Part shown: one piece after another, positions 51,642-62,390 of the stretch
Layout: every line of letters starts with the position of its first letter
Numbering within the stretch: the first letter of the stretch is position 1
Source of the DNA: Octopus sinensis
Taxonomy: Eukaryota
DNA: 64,000 nucleotides
Assembly: GCF_006345805.1 (NCBI RefSeq)
Contig: NW_021824954.1
Location: 434,001 to 498,000 of the forward strand
Direction: 5' to 3'
The notes under the pieces: generated by a model
Database searches by the model: none
Seen by the model: the letters and a program-made list of their open reading frames with translations, nothing else
What the model was told of the DNA's origin: nothing
Position numbers and translations under genes: made by a program

Positions 51642-51724
51642 TGACTACACGTGTTTCGTGGCTATATTTAAGAAATGCTAACAGAAAAATTGATTCAAAA
51701 TAAATATAGCCACTCTTCAGGTCA
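51642..51724 (-). ncRNA. Type I hammerhead ribozyme, all core nucleotides intact
   Basis: Minus strand: TGAC-CTGAAGA-[GTGGCTATATTTA / 30-nt loop / TAAATATAGCCAC]-GAAA-CACGTG-TA-GTCA. Confidence 0.88.
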
Positions 51725-51956
51725 AAGATAAAAACAATGCAATAATTAAATAAATACATATGCGTATATAATCTTGTAAAATACAAAATATCTCAACAAA
51801 TATATACTGGTGTAAATAAAAATAGAATAAAGTGGTATAAATATTTATTATATCTATAGAAATAAAATTTTAACTTATATAAGAAAAGAATAACAAACTA
51901 TAATATATCATTACTAGAAAATAAAATACAATAATTAATTATTTAAAACAAATATA

Positions 51957-52025
<69 letters not shown>

Positions 52026-52215
52026 ATATATATATTCAATATACACACACACACATATATATATAGATGTATGTATATGTGCATATTCATATCTATTATA
52101 TCAAAGTCAATGTCTTTATGTGTGTTCGTGTGTTACTTATACATTCGAAAACTGCAGCACCGACTGTCGTTAAGGAATCCTAAGTTAACACGTCAGAGAT
52201 ATAATTCAAATTTTC

Positions 52216-52270
<55 letters not shown>

Positions 52271-52272
<2 letters not shown>

Positions 52273-55200
52273 CGGGAAGGTTTACAAAATAAACAAAAGA
52301 CGAAGGCAGGTGGAGTACAAACAAACAATGTATTAGTATGGCGGTCAGGAATAGAAATAGAACAAGTCTTTTACGTTTCGCGCCTACGCTCTTCGACAGA
52401 AAGATACACAGAAAAAAACAAGGAGAGAAAAAAATGCGTGTAGGAGCTAACGATCTATCATGGCGTCCTGACTTCGGACAGTGGTCAGGGAAGATAACAG
52501 GGTCAAGTGACTTCCAAAACGAAGGTGCCCCCAACACAAAGGTGCGTGTGTGTATAAGAGAGTATGTATGTGCGTGTGAAAGAGGGCTGGTGGTCTGGAC
52601 GTGTGTGTGTATGTATGTGTGGGTGTGAAGATGTGGGGATTGGTGTGTGGGTGGTGTGTTGTGATGTGATATGTGTATGTATGTGTAGGTGTAAAGATGT
52701 GAGGATGGGTGTGAGGGCGGTGTGCTGTGGGTGGTGTGTTGTGATGTGATGTGTAATGTTGTATGGTATAGTGTAGTGTGGTGTGATGTTGTGGGGAGGT
52801 GGGGAGGCGAGAGAAGGGAAAGCCCAGGTGGGGTGTGGGTTCGGCTGGAAGTTGGGTTGAGTGGGGGTTGTGGGGGATGGGGGAGAGTGAGAGGGGGAGA
52901 GAAGAGAGGGGACGAGGGGAGAGAGGAGATGAGGGGGTGGAGGAGAAGGAGGAGAGGGAGGGGAGAGGCGGAGAGGAGGGGAGGAGGGGAGTGGTAGGGA
53001 GAGGAGAAGAAGGGGGAGGGAGAGGGGAGAGGGGGAGGAAGAGGGGAGAGAAGGGGAGTGAGGGAGCAGAGAGAAAAAGAGAAGGGGAAGAGGGAAGAAG
53101 GTGGAAGGAGGGAAAGAAGGGAAGAGGAAGGAAAGAGAGTAGGGGTGAAAAGATGAAGGACTGAAGAGAAGTAGGAGTCGGGGGTAGGTTAGATGAAAAG
53201 GGGGGAGTTGAGACCAAATAGCGTAAAAGAGTGAAGAGAGAAAATTAATCCCTGTTTACGGCGCAAGCGGGAATCCGGATGGCCTCTGTGCAAGGACAAT
53301 CCGAACACAGACAGGTGTTGCAAGGAGTGACCGGTGGAGCGGAAATGGCATGAGACTGGAGTGTCATTGGCGAGGCAGATGTCTCGGAAGTGTTCCGCGA
53401 ACCGGTCAGCCAAGCGGCGTCCCGTTTGTCCGATGTACAGGGAGTGGCAGAGAGAGCAGGAGATGCAATAGATGATATTGCTGGAGGTGCAGGTGAAAGA
53501 GTCGATGATGCGATAGGGTCGATGATGGGTGCCGGTGAGGAGGGTGGTGTTGGAGAGATAAGGGCAAGTGCGGCAACGTGGGCGGGAGCAGGGGAACGAG
53601 CCAGGTTGGGAGGTAGGGTCAGGGAAGAAGCTGTGGACCAAGAGGTCTCGTAGGTTATGGGCTCGTTTGAAGGAGGGGAGGGGTCGGTTAAAGAAGAGGT
53701 GTGAAGTGGACGGGTCGGACTGGAGATGCCGGAAAACTCGAAGAATGGTGCGTTGGAGAGGTAGGGTGGTGGGGTGGTAAGTGAGGGGAAAAGGGAGGCG
53801 GGAGACTGCAGGGCGGATTCGGGGGGAGAGAGCAGATGCACGGTTTACGGAACGTGCTCTGGCAAGGGCGGTATGAATAGTGGTGAGGGGGGTATCCACG
53901 TAGGATGAAGTGGTGAGCCATGAGTTGAGACTGAGTTTCAAAGTCATGGTCGTCGCAACAGATCCTACGTAGACGGAGGAATTGGAAATAGGGTATGGAA
54001 AGCTTGGTGTGTTTGGGGTGGGAGGAAGAGAAGTTAAGGTATGAGTGTGAGTCTGTGTGTTTGTAGTGAATGGAGGTGGTAAGAGTGGAGTGATGAACGC
54101 TGTCCGAAATGTCGAGGAAGGAGGCATAGGTATTGGAGATAGTGCAGGTGAAGTGGAGGGCAGGATGGAAGGATTGAACGAAAGAGAGGAAGGAGTCTAG
54201 ATGTTCACGGGAGAGTGAGGTGGCTCCGATAATCTCGTCAATATAACGACCGTATAGTTCGGGAGTGGGACCAGTGAAACTAGAGAATATTTGGGCCTCA
54301 ACATAGCTAACGAACAGGTTCGCATAGTTGGGGCCCATTCGCGTTCCCATGGTCACTCTCGAGACTTGTTGGTAGAACTCGTCCGCGAACGAGAAGCAGT
54401 TAAGGGAAAGGACAAGTTCGGCCAGACGAATGAGTGTGGGGGTGTCGGGTTCGGGGTTGGGGCGGAGGTCGAGAAAGTGTTGAAGTGCACGCAGTTCTTC
54501 GGGGTGAGGGATGACGGTATAGAGGCTCTGGATGTCCATTGTAAAGAGGAGTTTGGAGGAGCCGGGAGGAAAGGAGAAAGAGTTGAAAAGCCGGAGAGCA
54601 TGGTTGATGTCGTAGATATGAGAGGGAAGAGATGCCACTAGGGGGGCAAGGACACGGTCGAGGTATTTTGAGATGAGCTCTGTGGGGCAGTTACAGGCGG
54701 AGATGATGGGGCGGCCAGGGTTGTTGGGTTTGTGGATTTTGGAGAGGAAGTAAATGGTGGGGGTGCGTGGGGTTCGGACAATGAGGTTGGATGCAGTGTG
54801 GGGGAGACGGGAGGACGAGATGAGATCGTGGACAGTAGAGGAGACCGTCTGTTGGTAGCTAAGCGTGGGGTCAGAGGACAGAGGGGAGTAGAAGGAGGTG
54901 TCATTGAGTTGACGGAGCGCCTCGGCCCTGTTGAGGTCCGCGCGCCACTCCACCACAGCTCCACCCTTGTCGGCCGGTTTGATGACAATGTCAGCGCGCT
55001 GTCGGAGGGAACGAAGAGTCGAGAGCTCGGCCGGGGAAATGTTGAGGCGGCGGTGACGCCTGGAGAAGTTGAATTGCTCTAACGCGCGCTGACAGGCACC
55101 CGCGAAAAGATCCACTGCTTGGAACTGGCCGGGGGCAAGCGTCCACTGGGATGGTCGGCGGCCCAGGTCAGTGAAGCAGTCCTCCTTGTTGGATGCGAGT

Positions 55201-55490
55201 GGTATGTCGCGGAAAAACGCACCCAACCGGACGCGGCGCACAAAGCTGTGGACATCAGCACGCGTCTAGAATTCCTTACAGGATGGAGTGAGGGGGATGA
55301 AACGCAGGCCCCTACTGTGGACGGAGCGTTCCGCCACAGAGAGGGGATGATCTGGGGGAATGGTAACAACAGACTGAAATGGAGAAGAGGTGGATGGAAT
55401 AGGAGTAGGAGGGGTGGTAGGGCTGGTGGAGGTCTGAGGGGGAGGGAGTGGGGAGGTGTGTGTGGGTTGTTAGGATTCCGTCTTTTGATG
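52271..55490 (-). mobile_element. Penelope-like element (RT plus GIY-YIG endonuclease), 5'-truncated, with intact 3' terminus at (AT)n
   Basis: KPADKGGAVV, KIHKPNNPGRPIIS, MDIQSLYT, MGTRMGP..A, GRYIDE; CTSSNIIYCISCSLC..LYIGQTGRRLADRFAEH (GIY-YIG). C-rich low-complexity 3' UTR and a hammerhead-like motif at 52367-52403. Confidence 0.95.
53189..55241 (-). pseudogene. PLE RT-GIY-YIG ORF split by one frameshift near 53900 (ORFs 53688-55241 and 53189-54127)
   Basis: The reading switches at RGYP|LTTIHTALARARS; catalytic YIDD reads YIDE; a stop lies just upstream of 55241. Confidence 0.88.
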
Positions 55491-56660
55491 TGACCGGGTT
55501 TAAAATTCACTAACGAAGCCGGTCTCGGGAAAAATTCCCCTGCCAGCGGACTCCACACCTTATCACCCTCCAGGTGGTGCCAGAGATGCTTCAGCCTCAA
55601 CGCATGCCTGCGCATCATCAACCAAGGCATTCCTAACCCACCCTTTAACGGTTCCTGGCAGCAAACGGAGCGCCTCACAAGTGGCTTTCCTCCCTTCCAC
55701 AAAAAGCGGAAAAGGATTCGCTCCAACTTGCTAAGCCATGAATCGGGGCAAGGGACAGCGGTCAGGCGGTAAGTGATTACAGATGCAATGAACATCTGTG
55801 CTACCTCCGCCCTTCCTTTCAAGGACAGAGACCTTCCGGACCAGGTCCGTACTATGGCCTCCACCTTGTCCGTCACCTCACTCCAATTCCTCTCCGTTTG
55901 GGAGTCTGACCCAAACCAAACTCCTAGCAACTTAACTGGACCATCCGTCCAGTGTCCACGACACTGGACGATATCGACTTGCTCCTCCAGGTGCCGAGGC
56001 GCAAGCCAACCGACTTGTCCTTGTTAACCCTTGCTCCTGCCACCGCCTCGTATCCTCTGATAGCATCTTCTACACAAGGTAGCTGGGCCTCATTGGACAC
56101 GATGAGGGTGACGTCATCCGCATAAGCAGTAACCGTCCTCCCACCTCCGATCTCATCCGGGTTACTTCCCAGCCTCTCCAACTTTCGCAGCAATGGCTCG
56201 AGAGCCAACACGTACAAAAGTGGTGACAAGGGGCACCCTTGACGAACTGAACATTCGATCGAAAACGGTTCCGTTAGGTAACCGTTTATCTGGACGGTGG
56301 ACTTGATGCCGCTATACATAGCGGAGATCCACCCGCGAAATTCAGGGCCCAGTCCAGCCGCTTCGAGGACCGTCGCCAGGTACTTATGGTCTACCCTATC
56401 GAACGCTTTACTTTGGTCTAAATGGACCATTACCCCGCCCTTGCCGGTTAATTTACCCACCCTATCTAAGGTGTAGCGTATAAAGTGAAGATTTCCTGGA
56501 TCGACCTGCCTGGAATTGCACATGTCTGTGCTTTCCCTACAAGTTTCTCCACGACAATCGTCAACCTTTTTGCCAACACCTTGGCCAAAATCTTTAACTC
56601 TACATTAAGTAGAGTTATGAGCCTGTAATTACTAATGTTATCCCCCTTGCTCGGGTCTTT

Positions 56661-58151
56661 CTAGATTAGCGTCACCACTCCCCGGCTTACAGAACTGGGA
56701 ATTCTCCCATTCTGCTGCCAGTTCGCGTAGACACCTGCCAATATTCCCCCGAACAAGTCCGGCATACTTTGGTAAAACTCGTAGGGCAGACCATCCAACC
56801 CCGGCGACTTCTCCCCGGCGCATCCGGCCAGTACCCCCTCTATCTCCTCGGGAGTGATCGCTCCTTCACAGCACTCCACCTCACGCCCCGAGAGCCGCGG
56901 TCCGCCGGCTAGGAAGTCCTTTAAGGCCCTTCCCCGCTCCGGCGCAACACCACCCCCGAACGCGCGGGCGAAATGCTGGTGAAGAAACTTTTGCATCTCC
57001 TCCTGTCCATAGATCTTTTGTCTCTGTTCGTCAGTTAAAGACTTGATTGAAGCTTTGTTACCTCTCTGACTCTCCACTCGACGGGCCCATCCGGCAACGT
57101 TAATACCTTCTCGTTTCCCAGCGCGTAGCTTAGCTCTAACTCTGCAACCTTCGTGTTTGGAGTTAAGGTGACGGTACAATACCGTCCTTGCCGCCATCAC
57201 TCCGGATGCAGAGCCAGCTTCCATTGCCGTAACTAAATCGTCCTCTATCCTAGACCTATCTAACCTTAGCTGATTGCTAAATCTAATGGACTCTGAACGA
57301 ATGGCTCTTTTGAGGGAGTGCCACCATCTATTGTTAATGATGGTGCCACACAATGCCCTCTGTACTAACACCTTAATCCGGGTATGGAAGTCTTCACAAT
57401 TCAAAATAGACTTGTTCAGCTTCCAGTACCCGGGTCCCTGCCTATGGCACTTATCTAATTGCACCCTACAAGTCACAAATTTGTGATCCGTGTAAGGCAC
57501 AATGTGAAACCGTGGACAACTAAACGTATCCTTATCTCTTTTCCTAACGAATATCCTATCTATATACGATCTGTGTGAGCCATCGTTGTTACTCCACGTC
57601 CACTGTGGAACGGTCGGCTCATCCAGTCGATAACGGTCCACTAGATAAAAGCTCTCTAGTAGACCCTTGAGGCTAGGGTTCCCCTTCCTATTAGTTGAGC
57701 CAACATTGTCGACCCGCGCTTCGAGGACAGTGTTAAAGTCCCCTACTAAGACTACCGTTTTCGACGTCGCTAAAAAGTGCTCCAAATTCCGAAAAAAACC
57801 CGCCTGCCTACACTCATTCGGAGCGTAGACAGCTACCAACCTGAAGGGCTGTTTACTTACGTGGGTCACATCCAGAACGACCAGCCTGCCTTCTGGGTCC
57901 AGAAAGACAGTACTTACCTGCAAGTCCAAGCTCTTCCTGATAAGGACTGCCACGCCTCTTCCTCTTCCTCGGCTAGGAGAAATAAATTTCTCGAAACCAT
58001 TTAGAAGAGGCGAGAACGCTTGGGCCCCGTTCATCTTGGACTCGGTTACAATAGCTACGTCCACTCCGTGTGTCGTGAGGTCGTTCAGAAAACAAATTTG
58101 TTTCCATTTCGACCCCATTCTACGCACATTCACACAACCCAGCTTTGCCAA
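56661..58151 (-). CDS. Tx1 ORF2 N-terminal 496 aa (APE endonuclease, linker, start of RT); disrupted downstream
   Basis: Uninterrupted ORF containing all APE motifs; begins at TTG. Confidence 0.85.
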   Translation of the reverse strand: MAKLGCVNVRRMGSKWKQICFLNDLTTHGVDVAIVTESKMNGAQAFSPLLNGFEKFISPSRGRGRGVAVLIRKSLDLQVSTVFLDPEGRLVVLDVTHVSKQPFRLVAVYAPNECRQAGFFRNLEHFLATSKTVVLVGDFNTVLEARVDNVGSTNRKGNPSLKGLLESFYLVDRYRLDEPTVPQWTWSNNDGSHRSYIDRIFVRKRDKDTFSCPRFHIVPYTDHKFVTCRVQLDKCHRQGPGYWKLNKSILNCEDFHTRIKVLVQRALCGTIINNRWWHSLKRAIRSESIRFSNQLRLDRSRIEDDLVTAMEAGSASGVMAARTVLYRHLNSKHEGCRVRAKLRAGKREGINVAGWARRVESQRGNKASIKSLTDEQRQKIYGQEEMQKFLHQHFARAFGGGVAPERGRALKDFLAGGPRLSGREVECCEGAITPEEIEGVLAGCAGEKSPGLDGLPYEFYQSMPDLFGGILAGVYANWQQNGRIPSSVSRGVVTLI

Positions 58152-58178
58152 TGTCGGAGAGAGAAAAAATAAATAAAC

Positions 58179-59618
58179 TTACGGTTGGGACAGGGAGCAT
58201 GACAGTTTAAATCTGCCTGCTTCCCCTTCTTCCTCCCTTGTGGTCGTAGCTGCAGGGCTCTTAACCGGCGTTGCCATCGGGCTCTGGGTAGGTGTGGTTG
58301 CCGGGGTTATAATAAGTTTACCCTCCAGTATTTCATTCGTTACATCTCTGATAAGATTATTCTTTAAATGTTCTTGTAGTGTTTTTTCCTTCCACTCGTC
58401 TTCCTTTATTTTTGCAAAGCGAGTGGTTGATTTTGTGTCTGTAGACTTACTGAATAGTTTAAATTTTGAAAATTTGAAATACTTGTACACCCTATCGTTC
58501 TTCTCGTCAAATGCTATAATCTTTTCATTTTTTTTTTATCAATTTTTTCAAATCTTGTTTTATGGGGAGGGGCTTGGCGAACTGTCTTCCAATGAATACA
58601 GTGCCGTGGGGGTAGGGTTGGGGAATTTGTTTTGTATGTATCTCTGCGGTGTTTGCTGATTTTTTCTTTGTTTGGGGAGGGGAGTCCAGGGTGTTATCTT
58701 TTTTTTCTTTTGTGTGTCACCTGTGTATATTCCATTTGTTCATTTTCATCTTCCGTTTCGGTTCCTTTCCTTGTCGCAGTCTTGGGTTCTTTTTCCGCTT
58801 TTTCTTTTTCAGTGTTTGAAGCACTTTGAGGAGGGGCTTCGTTGATTTTCTTTTTTTTTTATGCAGTTTGAGCGGACGTGACCCTTTTCTCCACATTTGA
58901 AGCACCTAGGTCTGCGCCCCTCCACTGACACTCTCATTGAAGTTCCCTCCTCATTAAATACCCTATCGGGTAAGTTTTCTAGTATCTTATTTTCTGCTTG
59001 AACGAGGAGTTCTAGCGCTTGTCCTTTCCAGTGCACCTCCTCTTTCCTTCTCATCTGCAGAATTGAAACTTCCCGCTCTACGTTGTGCAGGACTGCCGCT
59101 GCTACCCACATTATATCATACCCTCTTGGTATATCCTCTACATGTAGTTTGGCTGTTCTTTTTCCCATATACGTAGGTAGCAACATGATATCCTCACTTT
59201 TCAAGGTCATTGATGACACCTCTCTTGCCACATCAGCCGAGTCGAAATGTGCTTCAACGGTAGCGCTGCGAGCACCTCGAACAACGTGACGAATTTTGTT
59301 CCACACCGGGGACAAGCACTTTTCTACTATCTCGTTCTTGACATCCATTATTTTTTTTTCTTTGTTGCTATAAACTTTGTATACAACTGTCTTTGCCTTT
59401 ATTTCCTGTACCTTCGCTTGCGGCGGTACCAGTTTAATTTCATTGCCTTCCGTTTTTACCAAGTTCCGGTATTCGAATAACTGTTCAATCTTGAATTCTA
59501 CATCCGTTACGGTTCCGCCCACTGCGGCCGAAAAAGACTGTTTTTTGACTTCGGTATCCTTTTGTTCACCTTTTCCCATCACGGGAAAGTCGCTCCTCGA
59601 CGCCAAGTCGAACTCCAT
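58179..59618 (-). pseudogene. Tx1 ORF1 (gag-like, CCHC), frameshifted
   Basis: ORF pieces 58809-59618, 58717-58905 and 58179-58490, ending 27 nt before ORF2. Confidence 0.8.
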
Positions 59619-60098
59619 TTCTCAAATTATGAGAACAAATGTTGCAAAAAAATTACCTCGAAGGTAATGACAATGTTTAAACAGAATTTTCCGCCCCGTA
59701 GGGCGAAAATTACTGTTACACAACGGACAACTGTTCAATTCACGAGTAAACACAAACAACGACGAACAAAAAATACGAACTCACTCAACAAAAAGGCAGC
59801 AAAATTCTCAAAACGCAGATGAAAGAGGGGTCCCTAGACGAATAGCAATCATGGTTTCGATGAGAAGTCAGATCCCTTCACAAATACATATACTTTTTCC
59901 AGTGTCGATTTGACACTGATATTGAAAAAGTGATATCAAACAATGATAAATCTCAGAGCGAGTTATAAACAGTAGCGGTAACACATCGTGATGCATATTT
60001 GCCATTTGAATATGGCTAGCCCATAAGGGTGGATGCTACTGTAGTTTGTAGCCCCAGGAAGATATCTCCTCCAGCTGGCTATATATATATATATATAT

Positions 60099-60985
60099 TT
60101 GATATAGGATAAAATTTTTTTCGGGAAAAAAATTTTATCAATGGCCAGCATATCAAAAAATGCCTGTAAAGGTAAAACTTATACATAATTTACAAGATAA
60201 GGGTAGAAGAAAAATTCTAATGCCAGATACGCCGAAACAAAAAAATTGTCGATAACCATTAAATTTATGCGTCTCGAAATTCCGTGGGTATGAATAAGTA
60301 TTTCATTTATATCTCGCGTATGTGCCGCTGAAAAGGGGAAATTTCTTGTGAATTAACCCCGAAATTGGACCAATACGGTAATAACGAATTTTTTAGAGAT
60401 TTCTATCGGTTTGTTTCGAGACGCATAAATTTAATGGTTATCGACAATTTTTTTGTTTCGGCGTATCTGGCATTAGAATTTTTCTTCTGCCCTTATCTTG
60501 AAAATTATGTATAAATTTTACCTTTAAAGGCATTTTTTGATATGCTGGCCATTGATAAAAAATTTTTCCCGGAAAAAATTTTATCCTATATCAATTATAA
60601 ATAGATTAGTGTTTCACTTCCGGATTCTATCACTCTGTGAAAGTTTCTAGTTCGAATCACACGTGTCTCGAGGTGCGCCTAAGATTTTTCTATTTGGATA
60701 TATTTTGGGTACTTAAGTCGGCTCGGGACTTGGTGCTTGCTTCTTCCGTGGGTATGAATAAGTATTTCATTTATATCTCGCGTATGTGCCGCTGAAGAGG
60801 GGAAAATTTCTTGTGAATTAACCCAATACGGTAATAACGATACGGACCAATACGGTAATAACGAATTTTTTAGAGATTTCTATCGGTTTGTTTCGAGACG
60901 CATAAATTTGATTATTATCGACAATTTTTTTTGTTTCGGCGTATCTGGCATTAAAATTTTTCTTCTGCCCTTATCTTGTAAATTA
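60099..60985 (+). repeat. Non-coding hammerhead-bearing repeat: ~180-bp inverted arm plus 1.5 tandem 464-bp units
   Basis: 60099-60279 is the reverse complement of 60414-60594; 60280-60506 is repeated at 60744-60985; hammerhead motifs at 60323-60380 and 60787-60856; (AT)n on both sides. Confidence 0.9.
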
Positions 60986-61126
60986 TATATATATATATAT
61001 TTATGTGTGTGTAATAAATCTCTGAGCGAGGTATAAACAGTAGCTGCACGACATCGTGAAGTATATGTGGCTAACCCCTAAGGGTTAGCCACATTTAAGT
61101 GGCAAATATACTTGACGATATATATA

Positions 61127-61312
61127 TATATCTGTATATATATAAAAGGCATGATGCGTGTGTGTATGTATGTGTGTGTGTACGTGAATGTAAATTATGC
61201 ACGTCCACAAATTAGCAGATTTTAAAAATTTCGTCCTTTTAATGAGTGGTTGAGAGGCAAAAATAGACAGATAGGGGTTGTTATGTATGTATGTATGTGT
61301 GAATGGCTTCAG

Positions 61313-61361
<49 letters not shown>

Positions 61362-62349
61362 ACACACACACACACACACACGAACATGTATGCGTACAAA
61401 ACACATGTATGCAATGTGTGTGTGTGTGTATGTGTGTTGCCCGAGTCACGCTCCTTCGCAAACGATCAACTATTATTTTGTAAACAATATTTCGAAACTG
61501 TTGCATTTGTAAACAATGTTTCGAAAATAGGTGTATGTACGTATATGCTATTTTTGTTTGTTTGTGTGTGTGTGTGTGTGTGTGTTGCCCATATATATAT
61601 ATATATGCTTAGTTGTGATCTGAACATAACCGCTTCTCACACAGAGGATTGGGGGCCCTTTTGGGCGTTCTATTTTCTTTGCTAGAAGGGTTCCCTACCC
61701 ATGGGCAAAGGGGGTTACATGATGGGGAGTGTTTTCAAAAGGGTTGGCATATGCAACCTGATCACCTCTGCCGATCAAACTCCCAACCCATGCGCTCCCG
61801 TCGCGACACTGATTCTGCAGAACTGGGTTGGGTATGAAAACCAACTTTAAAGTATAAATAGTAATGCTTTTGAATCAGTAATGTTGTGTTCGGTTAACTC
61901 CTATTTGGAGTGAAAAATCAATAAACTGGTTCCTTATGGGGTTTTCAATTTAATCAGGATAAAAAAACAAATCGACAAACCGATTCCATATAGGACTTCC
62001 CACTAAAATTGGCTACACCCCATTCTCAACCATAACTTTGACCAATTTTGATGTATTTTGTTCAAATTTGATGCCAGCATTACTTAGGACTCGTGGGATC
62101 TTCGAATGCTTTAAGTTCTCCAAAAACGAAAACAAAAAAAAAATGACGAGTGGAAAAAATCGATAAACCGATTCCTTATGGGATCTCCCAATCAAATTGT
62201 CAGCAACTCATTTTCAGCCCAAAGTTTACCAATTTCAACGGATTTCGCTCAAATTTGACGTCGATGTTACTTAGTTTGGTTTGAAATAAAGAGCTTGATT
62301 AGCTTAATAATCCTAACTGAATCCCGAGCAAAGCCGGGCTATACTGGTA

Positions 62350-62350
<1 letters not shown>
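61127..62350 (+). mobile_element. Probable non-autonomous Helitron with internal microsatellites and ~188-bp direct repeats
   Basis: Starts tatctgtatatatataaaagg; ends with hairpin CCCGAGCAAAGCCGGG plus ctatactggtagt (CTAG-like); diverged repeats at 61970-62090 and 62158-62277. Confidence 0.55.

Positions 62351-62387
<37 letters not shown>

Positions 62388-62390
<3 letters not shown>

Larger units (their letters stand above)
55495..59820 (-). mobile_element. L1/Tx1-clade LINE with intact 5' half (5' UTR, ORF1, ORF2 APE-RT) but 3'-truncated
   Basis: ORF1 at 58809-59618 with the CFKCGEKGHVRSNC knuckle. ORF2 from 58151 (GCVNVR, VAIVTE, GDFN, TW..SYIDRIF, TDH, GYWKLN, PGLDGLP.EFY), then DQSKAFDRVDH, QGCPLSP and AYADDV. 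Stops after RHALRLKHL...FPR. Confidence 0.95.

Noticed and set aside
55079-55930. 283-aa ORF as a novel Tx1-PLE fusion protein
   Set aside because: After the junction it reads the PLE in a different frame from the PLE RT and is low-complexity; the open frame is fortuitous.
60630-60680. Additional degenerate hammerhead (ctctgtgaaag...cgaatcacacgtgtc), and similar hints near 3400-3430 and 59845-59875
   Set aside because: The cores need several substitutions or indels; not supportable without a family consensus.
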